A stretch of DNA of 36,092 bases from Chloroflexota bacterium (GTDB lineage: Bacteria; Chloroflexota; Dehalococcoidia; JACQTR01), in assembly GCA_016210705.1 (NCBI GenBank), contig JACQTR010000183.1, positions 1 through 36,092 on the forward strand. Direction: 5' to 3'. Positions 17,331-25,739 of the stretch are shown here, piece by piece. The notes beneath the pieces are model-generated. The model was not told where the DNA came from. It worked only from the letters and a program-made list of their open reading frames with translations, and made no database searches. A program made the position numbers and the translations under genes. Position 1 is the stretch's first letter. Every line of letters begins with the position of its first letter.

Positions 17331-18131
17331 TCACATATACCCCAAAGCGCGAAGCTTCTGCATAGTAAACGCCTTCTCTTTGTCCTGCGCCCTTCCAGAC
17401 CTCTCCGCAGTCTTGCTCACTTCCAGCTCTTCCACTATCTCATCTATAGTTTTCGAGGTGGACTCTATAGGAAAGGTACATGGCTCACAACCCAAGCTAC
17501 GATACCTTTTACCATCCTTAGCAAAGTACATCTGGTTCACCGGGATATTCTCTTGCCTCACATATTGCCAGATATCCAGCTCCCTCCAATGCAGGATGGG
17601 GTGAACTCTAATGTGGGTGCTTTCCCCAGCAAGGCTTTGGTATTGGTCCCACATTTCTAGGGGCTGATCCTTATAATTCCATCGGAAATCCTCGTCTCGG
17701 GGCGAAAAATACCTCTCCTTAGCCCTTATTCCATGCTCATCTCTCCTTATGGCCAGTATAAGGGCATCGAAGCCATTTTCCTCTACGCATTCCTTCAAGG
17801 CCTGAGTTTTCAATCTAGTACAACATTCAAACTTTCCATTGCCCGGCCCCACGCCCTCCTTGTTCGCCTGCTCGTTTCTGATTATCAATAAACGAAGGCC
17901 CCACTCGTTGGCGATCCTGTCCCTGAAGCTGTACATGGGTTTAAATTTGTAACCGGTATCTATGTGGATAACTGGAAAAGGAATCTCGCCGAAAAAGGCT
18001 TTTCGGCATAGCCAGAGGACAGCGGTACTATCCTTACCGGTACTCCACAGCACTGCTGGCCGCTGAAACTCGGCGTAGGCCTCTCTTAATATATAGACGC
18101 TTCTATTCTCAAGGTCTTTTAAGTCTAGCAT
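17331..18131 (-). CDS. cysD: Sulfate adenylyltransferase subunit 2 (CysD, PP-loop ATP pyrophosphatase fold)
   Basis: PP-loop STGKDS; HIDTGYKF, RRDEHGIRAKERYFSPRD, HPILHWRELDIWQY; C-terminal tail ...KLRALGYM. Confidence 0.9.
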   Translation of the reverse strand: MLDLKDLENRSVYILREAYAEFQRPAVLWSTGKDSTAVLWLCRKAFFGEIPFPVIHIDTGYKFKPMYSFRDRIANEWGLRLLIIRNEQANKEGVGPGNGKFECCTRLKTQALKECVEENGFDALILAIRRDEHGIRAKERYFSPRDEDFRWNYKDQPLEMWDQYQSLAGESTHIRVHPILHWRELDIWQYVRQENIPVNQMYFAKDGKRYRSLGCEPCTFPIESTSKTIDEIVEELEVSKTAERSGRAQDKEKAFTMQKLRALGYM

Positions 18132-18176
18132 ATGCCACCTCTTTCCGAGAGAAATGATTTGAGCAAGGTAAAAATT

Positions 18177-18401
18177 CTATTTCAAATAGCCCAGTGCCTT
18201 CAACCTTTTCTTCACCATCTCCTCCTCTTCTTCACTGAAACTCACCTCTGTCTCATCTTCTTTAAGGACTTCCTCAAGGACAAATACAACATATTCGTCT
18301 ACCGAAAGGAAGTCAGCATGGCTCATCCTTTCCCCTATTCTCCGATAAAGGTCAGCCGGCAGCGATACAGTCCTTTTTTCATCTTGCGGTTTCACCGTCA
18401 C
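18177..18401 (-). CDS. Small ribbon-helix-helix (CopG-like) protein candidate with an acidic linker and a basic C-terminal tail
   Basis: N-terminal RTVSLPADLYRRIGERM...SVDEYVVFVLEEVL fits a strand-helix-helix pattern. AAGGAGGG lies upstream. GTG starts are possible at 18401 or 18395. Confidence 0.5.
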   Translation of the reverse strand: MTVKPQDEKRTVSLPADLYRRIGERMSHADFLSVDEYVVFVLEEVLKEDETEVSFSEEEEEMVKKRLKALGYLK

Positions 18402-19558
18402 TAACCCTCCTTGGCCTTGGCATCGATTAATATCCCATGGTTCCTTGCCATCCGCCCACTATACGCCTCCAGGCATCTTTGGGCCACGGCATCCCAGGTA
18501 AACCTCTCCTGGACAACATCCCTAGCCCTTTGCCCCATCTTCCTAGCTACTTCTGGGTTTTTTAGAAGGCAGGCTATCCGCTCCTTTAGTACTTCTGGTT
18601 GGCCTGAGGGGACGATAAAACCCGTCTCACCATCCTGGATGACCTCCGGCAAGCCAGCCACTTCGGTGCCAATAACCGTGGTGCCACAAGCCATGGACTC
18701 TAGCAACACAGCTGGCATTAGATCGGATTGGGGGAAGGTGCTCCACCACTTTTGCGTATAGACGGAGGGCATAACTGTAACTACGGCGGTGTTGTAATGG
18801 TGCGCCAGGGCCTGGTCATCCTGACGCCCCAGAAAGATGACTTTGCCACCCTTATCCCGATCCTGTAGGGCTCGGAGATACTGCTGGCTCTGCGACGGAC
18901 CAGCCACATATAGCCTGCCATCCAGATCCGCCACAGCATCAATGAGATGCTCAACGCCCTTAATCGGGTGGAGGCGGCCCACGAAGAGTACCTTTCCCTT
19001 TTCTTTTTCACCACTAAGGGGGCGAAATTTGTGGGTATCCGTGCCCACATAGATGGCCCGGCACTCCCTGCCATATTTAGAGAACATCCTGAACATGTAA
19101 CGACAGACCAGAAGGTATTCATCCACCCATTTGCCCAGGAAGGGAAAGGGCCTAGTGAAGGCCAAGCCTCTGCCACCATGGTAAGAGGCAAAAATAGGCT
19201 TATCTTTGAAATGGCAATAAGCGACGGCGATGGCAGATACCAAGGTGCCAAACTGGTTGATATGCACTAAATCACTTTCTCGGAGGATTTTCAAAAATGT
19301 CAGGGATAAAGGCAAAGGATTTTGCCGATCAAAGAGAGGGCGCAGGAAATAAAAGGCGGGAAACTCCTCAACGGTCAGGGTATTGGAGACTCGGTTTGTC
19401 ACCCTCCCGGAAGCGAAAGACACCAGGGTAACCTGGGCATAACTGCTCAGCGCCTGGGCCAGTTCCCAAGGATACCGCGCCCCTCCTCCCGTCTGGTACT
19501 TAAACCAGGTGGGAGCGACCAGGGCGACCTTCAACTCCTTTTTCTGAGTCATGCTCAC
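18401..19558 (-). CDS. Family 4 glycosyltransferase (GT-B)
   Basis: LLESMACGTTVIGTEVAGLPEVIQDGETGFIV signature. Confidence 0.85.
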   Translation of the reverse strand: MSMTQKKELKVALVAPTWFKYQTGGGARYPWELAQALSSYAQVTLVSFASGRVTNRVSNTLTVEEFPAFYFLRPLFDRQNPLPLSLTFLKILRESDLVHINQFGTLVSAIAVAYCHFKDKPIFASYHGGRGLAFTRPFPFLGKWVDEYLLVCRYMFRMFSKYGRECRAIYVGTDTHKFRPLSGEKEKGKVLFVGRLHPIKGVEHLIDAVADLDGRLYVAGPSQSQQYLRALQDRDKGGKVIFLGRQDDQALAHHYNTAVVTVMPSVYTQKWWSTFPQSDLMPAVLLESMACGTTVIGTEVAGLPEVIQDGETGFIVPSGQPEVLKERIACLLKNPEVARKMGQRARDVVQERFTWDAVAQRCLEAYSGRMARNHGILIDAKAKEG

Positions 19559-19569
19559 CGTCTCTCGCC

Positions 19570-20700
19570 TTAAAAATCCCGGCTCCGTTCCCTAAGCTCA
19601 AAAAATACCTGTCGCGTCAGCCCGGGATTAAACATATGCAGCCACTGTCGAAGAAGGCTTACGGTAAACTTCCGCTCGCTAAGTTTCTCAGCCATTGCCC
19701 CCAGCAGTGTCCACCAGCCATAGCGGTGAGGGGTGTGGAAGCCCTTACGAACCAGCCTGGCAGGCTCTCCAGGACTAATCCCTAGATTAGCCGAGAGCAA
19801 GAGGAGCCTTTCGGGGACAAAGCCGTTGGCAGCCTGATGCAGGGCAGCGGCTAGGGCCAGAAAGGTCCGAGTGGCTCTCACTAGCCGATGGCGCCTTACC
19901 TCTACCAGGAAAAGGTTCAATTCCTCTTCTGACAATGATGCCAGGTGGTAGAGAAAAGTGTAATAATCCCCCAACCGATAGGACTGCTCCACTAGACCAT
20001 GAATTATGACGACGACCATCTCCAGCTCCGGCGCCAGGGTGGCCACTTTATCCCCGCTGGCAAGTGGCATACGGATCACCTTTTCTCGCCACAAATCCTT
20101 ATCCATCCACACAATGTAGCTGGTGCCAAACTCTCTTTGTAAGTCTAAATCCACACCTGTTACAGGGTCTATAAAGTCAGTACCAGTAGCACTGACATGC
20201 TTTGTACCATAAGTAGGGGTCGATAATCTCTTTACTGCCACGTGATGGTCAGAGTCACCGGAAAGAGATATATCACGTATCAGATGGGGAAGCTCCGGCT
20301 CATATCCTGCTTCAAGCAGTGTCCTGATGGCTATTTCATACATTTGCCCATCCCCCAACACCATCACATCGGCGTCTTTGCCCCACGAGGGATAGGGTCT
20401 CAGCGTCTTAAAAAAAGTATGCTTAACCCCTGCCTCCCTGAGTAGCCTATCTGCCTTGGCCATAGCCTTTTCCTGGTTCTGGCAGCGTACGAGCTCAGCC
20501 TCATATTCCGCCTTCAACTCCTTAAGGCGTCCGGTCCGCTCCAGGGACTCCAAATAGAGCAGCCCTATTTTGTTTCTCTGAGCTACGTCGTAAAGGTTCT
20601 GGGACTCCTTTACTCTTCCAAAGTCTGAAGCTCCGAAGGGCGAGCCGATACTTCTTAATAGGGCTATGGTAGCATTGGATGAAAGCTTGGTGGTGGTCAT
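19570..20700 (-). CDS. Uncharacterised nucleotidyltransferase-family protein (NTP_transf_5-like, pol-beta NTase fold)
   Basis: AGVKHTFFKTLRPYPSWGKDADVMVLGD...LLEAGYE matches the G..R..D.D..V...L...GY pattern of that family. ATGA overlap with the upstream gene. Confidence 0.55.
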   Translation of the reverse strand: MTTTKLSSNATIALLRSIGSPFGASDFGRVKESQNLYDVAQRNKIGLLYLESLERTGRLKELKAEYEAELVRCQNQEKAMAKADRLLREAGVKHTFFKTLRPYPSWGKDADVMVLGDGQMYEIAIRTLLEAGYEPELPHLIRDISLSGDSDHHVAVKRLSTPTYGTKHVSATGTDFIDPVTGVDLDLQREFGTSYIVWMDKDLWREKVIRMPLASGDKVATLAPELEMVVVIIHGLVEQSYRLGDYYTFLYHLASLSEEELNLFLVEVRRHRLVRATRTFLALAAALHQAANGFVPERLLLLSANLGISPGEPARLVRKGFHTPHRYGWWTLLGAMAEKLSERKFTVSLLRQWLHMFNPGLTRQVFFELRERSRDF

Positions 20701-22340
20701 ATTTTGACAAAATCTTCCACACGGGCAAGGATAGCGCTTCGCAATTCTGCTGGCCTATTTCTCCCATCCAGAACCGTGGCACCAATCTCTTCCCCCAGCT
20801 TCAAGAAGAGTTGTCTCCTTTCCATTAAATACTCTACGCTCGGCGTATCCTGTTTTCTGGAAAAAGCCTCAGCCTCGGGAAGGTCCAGGACAAAGGTCAC
20901 ACCAGGGCGGGGAAGGAATTTTAGAAAGCTACGAAGCAAAGCCCTCGTTTGGGGCCAGGAATAACCCATATCTACCGCCACATCTACCAGACTATCGAAA
21001 AAGTAGCGGTCACAGACTACTATTTTCTTTCTGAGTAAAGGCAAGCGAACCTTAATCTGGGTCTGGAGCCAGCAGTCCAACAGTAAGCTGTAGAGAAAGA
21101 GGCGGGCTAGGAAAGGCCTTGTCAAGAGACCTCTTTTGGCTTGGGAGTAACCTATATAGCCCCGTTTGCGACGTAATAGTGCAGCCCTTACAATCGCCCA
21201 AGGGATAGCCACCAGCCAAGGCTGGAAGCGGTTCCACACGTAACGGGCAGGAATCCCCCTCTCTAGCAAAGCGTGAGTCAGGGCTTGGGCTTGAGTGGTC
21301 TTACCTGCCCCGTCCATACCGCTTAAGCAGATTAGGGTTGACCTCTTCCTTTGGCTCTTTTGGATGGTATCAATATAAAACTGCTCCAACTGGGAGATGA
21401 CATTTCCCCACGAATAGGAGGAGACCTTTTCTCTGGTCTTCACTCCCGTTCCTTCCTTCACTGCCGCCACCTGGCGCTGTAGGCTGGCTCGGCCATTAAG
21501 CCAGAAAAAGCCGTCTCCTTCTTCCACAAGACGAGGCAGCGCTCCAAATTTGGTGGCCACAATGGGCAGATTGCAGGCCATGGCCTCCAGCACAGAAAGG
21601 GGTAGCTCCACGGCATGGCGGGAGCCGGGAGGCGTGGGGAAGACGTAGCCATCGGCCAGACGATAGGCCTCCTCTATGTTCTCTATATAAGAATGCCAAA
21701 CGATACACCCCCGCTGCTCCAGTTTTTTCATCAGCCGAGGATTGGCGGGTATAGTAACGCTACCCACCACGATAATGTCGCTATTTTTCATGTCAAGGAC
21801 CTCGGCTAAAGCCTCCAGCCCCCGCCCCTTAACTATGGGGCCAACGTGAACAAAATAAAATTTCTTCTCCTCCAGCCCAAACCTCCGGCGCAGGCAAGCC
21901 TTTTCCTCTTCCGTAGCCGGTGAGAACCTTTGAGTATCCACCCCATTAGGGAAGAATTTGATGACACAGCCCAAATGAGAAAAATGGGCCTCCGTTTCCT
22001 CGGATTGAACGAGAACTAGGTCGGGTTTAAAAAAAAGAAGTAGGCAGCGGGAAAGAAAGGAGCGGGGGATAAAGTGAGCAGATAGGACAGTACGGCCTCC
22101 TGTGAGCCAGGCTAGCGCCCTAGTTATGGCAAAGCTCCATAGTGAAGAGCCCGGTACATAGTGTATTATGTGAGGTTTGAAATCTCGGGCCTCCTTCCAA
22201 AACGATGGCGACAGCACCCTACTTAAACTCAGGTGAAGCACCTGATGGCGTTGAGAAAGGCCCTCCTCCATATGAAAGGCTACCTTCCTCATCCCCTCGT
22301 CGCTGCGCCCAGTGTAGTTGCTAACTAGACAGACCCTCAT
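20697..22340 (-). CDS. Fusion protein: N-terminal GT4 glycosyltransferase plus C-terminal thymidylate-kinase-like P-loop kinase domain
   Basis: The first ~330 residues are GT-B-like (VFPTPPGSRHAVELPLSVLEAMACNLPIVATKFGALPRLVEEGDGF). The C-terminal ~215 residues have the P-loop LSGMDGAGKTTQAQAL and CDRYFFDS, the dTMP-kinase DRY motif. It is one uninterrupted ORF. Confidence 0.75.
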   Translation of the reverse strand: MRVCLVSNYTGRSDEGMRKVAFHMEEGLSQRHQVLHLSLSRVLSPSFWKEARDFKPHIIHYVPGSSLWSFAITRALAWLTGGRTVLSAHFIPRSFLSRCLLLFFKPDLVLVQSEETEAHFSHLGCVIKFFPNGVDTQRFSPATEEEKACLRRRFGLEEKKFYFVHVGPIVKGRGLEALAEVLDMKNSDIIVVGSVTIPANPRLMKKLEQRGCIVWHSYIENIEEAYRLADGYVFPTPPGSRHAVELPLSVLEAMACNLPIVATKFGALPRLVEEGDGFFWLNGRASLQRQVAAVKEGTGVKTREKVSSYSWGNVISQLEQFYIDTIQKSQRKRSTLICLSGMDGAGKTTQAQALTHALLERGIPARYVWNRFQPWLVAIPWAIVRAALLRRKRGYIGYSQAKRGLLTRPFLARLFLYSLLLDCWLQTQIKVRLPLLRKKIVVCDRYFFDSLVDVAVDMGYSWPQTRALLRSFLKFLPRPGVTFVLDLPEAEAFSRKQDTPSVEYLMERRQLFLKLGEEIGATVLDGRNRPAELRSAILARVEDFVKI

Positions 22341-23524
22341 CTCCTCACCACCGCCTCATACAAGCGTTCCGTCTCCTCGGCTATTCGATTCCAGGAAAAC
22401 TCCTTGACCTTTTCCCTAGCGTTTTGGCCCAAGGTTCGGGCTAGTTCAGTATCCTGAAGGAGCAACACGATGGCTCGAGCTAGGTCCTTCTCATCTTCCC
22501 GGCGGGCCACCATACCGTTGTACCCCTGTTCCACAATGCAGCGAAAAGTATTCAAGTCGCTCACCACCATAGGTAACCCCGCCGCCGAGGCTTCCAAAAG
22601 GACTACTGGAAAGACCTCCCCAGTCGTGATTGAGGGAAGAACAAAAACATCGGCAGCGTGAAAATAAAGGGGTTTCAAGTTATCGTTTACAAAGCCCACC
22701 AGCCTGACCCTATCTCTTATTCCCAAACTCAGCGCCAAGCGGCTAAGCTCCTCCCGCATAGCGCCATCCCCTCCTATTACTAAAAGGGCCCGGGGGGTTT
22801 TAGCCAGTATCTCCGGCATCGCTCGCAGTAGGATATGAGGCCCCTTTTTGGGAATGAGGTCACCCAGAAAGAAAAGTATCGGGGCCTCAGCCGGCAGACC
22901 CAACTGAGCACGGCACTGCTCTTGAGAAAGGCAGGTATTCAAAGCCGATGGATCTATGCCATTGGGTATGGCCACCACTTTGCCTCGATATGAGGGCAGG
23001 AACCGAGATTCCTCCAAGTAATAACGTGAAGGGGATACCAGGGCCACCGCCCCACCTAAGAGCCTGCGGGTAAGCCATAAGTTCAATAAGTTTACTGCGA
23101 CCCGTCGTGTTAGACTGCCAAAATTAGGCTCCCAATCACCGTGGTAGGTGAGAAGGAAAGGAACTTTATATCGGTGCGAGTATCTCCAAGCAGCCACCTC
23201 TGCCGGAGGGGTACTGAAGTGGGCGTGAACCAAGTCCAAGTCATGTTTAAAAGGCTCTCGGAGAAGGCCCCAAGATAAGTTTCCACGGATAATACGAAAA
23301 TTGGTGGCATAACGAAATACCTGCACCTGCTCCACCCACTCCGTTGAACCACAAGAGTCAATGGAGGTGGCGAAAACCTTCACCTGATGGCCCCGCCGAG
23401 CCATCTCCAAGGCCAAGTGATAGGCCACTACCTCCGCCCCCCCATGGATATACCTTCGAGCGTAATCTCCGCAGCGGCGGGACACTGGATAAGGAAAATG
23501 GGTAATAAAATAGCCTATCTTCAT
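22337..23524 (-). CDS. Family 4 glycosyltransferase (GT-B)
   Basis: The MKIGYFITHFPYP start at 23524 forms an ATGA overlap with the upstream methyltransferase stop (the ORF track opens at 23566). C-terminal signature VLPSITTGEVFPVVLLEASAAGLPMVVSD. Confidence 0.85.
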   Translation of the reverse strand: MKIGYFITHFPYPVSRRCGDYARRYIHGGAEVVAYHLALEMARRGHQVKVFATSIDSCGSTEWVEQVQVFRYATNFRIIRGNLSWGLLREPFKHDLDLVHAHFSTPPAEVAAWRYSHRYKVPFLLTYHGDWEPNFGSLTRRVAVNLLNLWLTRRLLGGAVALVSPSRYYLEESRFLPSYRGKVVAIPNGIDPSALNTCLSQEQCRAQLGLPAEAPILFFLGDLIPKKGPHILLRAMPEILAKTPRALLVIGGDGAMREELSRLALSLGIRDRVRLVGFVNDNLKPLYFHAADVFVLPSITTGEVFPVVLLEASAAGLPMVVSDLNTFRCIVEQGYNGMVARREDEKDLARAIVLLLQDTELARTLGQNAREKVKEFSWNRIAEETERLYEAVVRR

Positions 23525-24225
23525 TTTTTCGTGGCTTTTACCAGCAGGGTGGGATTTAGCCTCCATAACAAAGGTACAGGGCTGTAGCTTGGTCTCACCT
23601 GCCCGAAGACACGGCGAATGGCTTTCAAATCTTGAAGAGAATCATAGCCGGCGTGGGCTTCATTAGAGGAACCATTCTTCATAAAAAGCCCTCTCACCAA
23701 GAACCTGAGCCAAGCTGAAAACCCAGTTTCCCGGGGCATAGAGACGATCAGACTTCCCCCTAGTCGGAGAACCCTATGGCACTCGCTAATAGTTAAAGCC
23801 CTTAGCTCCAGAGGCATATGTTCCAATACATCGAGACAGAAAACCATGTCCACACTCCCCGAAGCCATAGGCAGATGAGCGCCATCGGCGTATAGCAGCA
23901 GGAGCCTTGAGTGGGCTTCGTCCCCAAGCTCTTTTGCCACCCGCTCTCCCGCCCACCACAAAAAGGATTTGCCCCTAGCCCAATCCTGGAACTCTTCTCC
24001 ATCCTGGCGCTGATCTATTTCAGTGGCAAAAACCAGGTGGTATCTGGTAACAAGATAGGGCAGTAGGAAGCCACGGCCAGTACCCAGATCCAGGGCTGCT
24101 CCCTGATCTCGCCCGAGCCTCAAAGCCAGTACCAGCCTCCGCCAGTGGCTCCAGCGAAGGAGGAAATTAGGATCCTCATAGATGTCACCTCGCTTGGGGC
24201 TGGGCATCCAGGAATTTCGCCCCAT
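23521..24225 (-). CDS. Class I SAM-dependent methyltransferase
   Basis: Motif I ALDLGTGRGFL; VDMVFCLDVLEHMP; LRLGGSLIVSMP. Confidence 0.8.
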   Translation of the reverse strand: MGRNSWMPSPKRGDIYEDPNFLLRWSHWRRLVLALRLGRDQGAALDLGTGRGFLLPYLVTRYHLVFATEIDQRQDGEEFQDWARGKSFLWWAGERVAKELGDEAHSRLLLLYADGAHLPMASGSVDMVFCLDVLEHMPLELRALTISECHRVLRLGGSLIVSMPRETGFSAWLRFLVRGLFMKNGSSNEAHAGYDSLQDLKAIRRVFGQVRPSYSPVPLLWRLNPTLLVKATKK

Positions 24226-24233
24226 ATCCGTCC

Positions 24234-25739
24234 TTATGGCACTGATACCTTTCGGCCCAAAGAGGGCGACCCATTCTCAGCCCGCCGCGGCCTGGACACT
24301 ACGTATTTGGTAAACGTCTTGGCCAACCGCCACAGCCTTTTGGCTTCATCCCACCCATGCCGGCGACAAATCTGTCGCCAGGCTACAGGCACGAAGCGGA
24401 AAGAAAAATAATACCCCTTTAGGATTTCATCCACGGCCCCAACAATCTCCTTGCCCGAAAGCCATGGGTAGGAGACGATAGATTTCTGATGACCCATGTC
24501 ATCCAAATACTCGTTAGGATCATCGGTAACCAGATAGCCACTGGTCTGAGCCCATTGAAAAAACTCAGTGCCAGGAAAAGGTGAGGCAACCGATACCTGT
24601 AGCATATCCGGTTTTAGCTCCCTAATCAGCTCCCTAGTAGCTTTCATAGTTTCCCGGGTCTCTCCAGGGAGACCAATAATGAAGTCACCCAGCACCAGCA
24701 GACCCGCCCTGCGGGCACCGTGGGCAAATTGCCTCATCTGATCTACAGTGATGGCCTTCTTTATGTTCCTCAGGATTTCATCGTTTCCCGACTCGTAACC
24801 CACGATGAGCAATCGGCAGTTAGCCTCTTTCATTCTCTCCATAGTTTCCATGTCAAGACTGGCCCTAGCGTTGCAAGACCAGGGAATACGCAGGCCACGA
24901 CGTGCATATTCTTGGGTAAACTGGATCACCCTCTTGGGGTCGATGGTAAAGGTATCGTCCTCCAAAAAAACCTCTTTCACCAGAGGGAGGTTCCCCTCCA
25001 CCCACTCTAGCTCATCCATGACGTTGGGGATGGTCCTAACTCGGTATTTCCTACCCATGAGGGTCTGGGGCCAGGAGCAAAAAGAGCACTGGTAGGGACA
25101 TCCTCTGCCAGTGAATATCTGCACCTCTGGATAGAGGGAATTGCCCAAGAAATAGTCCTTGATGTTGAGGTGTCTAGCATAAACCTGAGAAACGAAAGGC
25201 ATCTTGTCCAAGTCAGCGGTAGTCGACCAGGGCCGGTCGGGGTTCCTGATTATTCCCCGCTCATCCTTATAAGAGATACCCTTCATCTGTCCCCAGCTTC
25301 CCGGCGAATCCAAATTGCGGGCTAGCTCCACTAGGGTGAGGTCATATTCCCATCGAGCCACAAAATCCACCCCAGGGCTCTGAAGTATTTCCCGGTCAAA
25401 CTGGGAGGCCGGCGGCCCCACCATCACTATCTTGGCTTCAGGACAAACCTCTTTGATGGCTTCGCCAACGGCGATATCGTTGCGCAGGCTGGGAAAACTG
25501 CTGTCCATAACCAGCAGGGACGGAGAAAAAACAGCTACATCCTTCACCACCATTTCTCTGTCCCAGTTCCAGGCTGGGGCATCCACTAACCTTACCTGGT
25601 GTCCTTCAGCCTCCTGTATACCGGCGGCATATGATAGCCAAATAGGATAGTAAAGAGTGCCAGCCCTTCCCGTATCCTGCCACCTCATCCCCCTGCCAAA
25701 GTGGGGGACATAGGGAGGGTTTAGCACGTAGACTTTCAT
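24234..25739 (-). CDS. B12-binding-domain radical SAM enzyme (class B radical SAM, methyltransferase-like)
   Basis: The N-terminal MKVYVLNPPY...YPIWLSYAAGIQEAEGHQVRLVDA resembles a cobalamin-binding domain. GRGCPYQCSFC is the CxxxCxxC motif. The start at 25739 forms ATGA with the upstream GT2 stop. The 63-codon extension in the ORF track lies inside that GT2. Confidence 0.85.
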   Translation of the reverse strand: MKVYVLNPPYVPHFGRGMRWQDTGRAGTLYYPIWLSYAAGIQEAEGHQVRLVDAPAWNWDREMVVKDVAVFSPSLLVMDSSFPSLRNDIAVGEAIKEVCPEAKIVMVGPPASQFDREILQSPGVDFVARWEYDLTLVELARNLDSPGSWGQMKGISYKDERGIIRNPDRPWSTTADLDKMPFVSQVYARHLNIKDYFLGNSLYPEVQIFTGRGCPYQCSFCSWPQTLMGRKYRVRTIPNVMDELEWVEGNLPLVKEVFLEDDTFTIDPKRVIQFTQEYARRGLRIPWSCNARASLDMETMERMKEANCRLLIVGYESGNDEILRNIKKAITVDQMRQFAHGARRAGLLVLGDFIIGLPGETRETMKATRELIRELKPDMLQVSVASPFPGTEFFQWAQTSGYLVTDDPNEYLDDMGHQKSIVSYPWLSGKEIVGAVDEILKGYYFSFRFVPVAWRQICRRHGWDEAKRLWRLAKTFTKYVVSRPRRAENGSPSLGRKVSVP

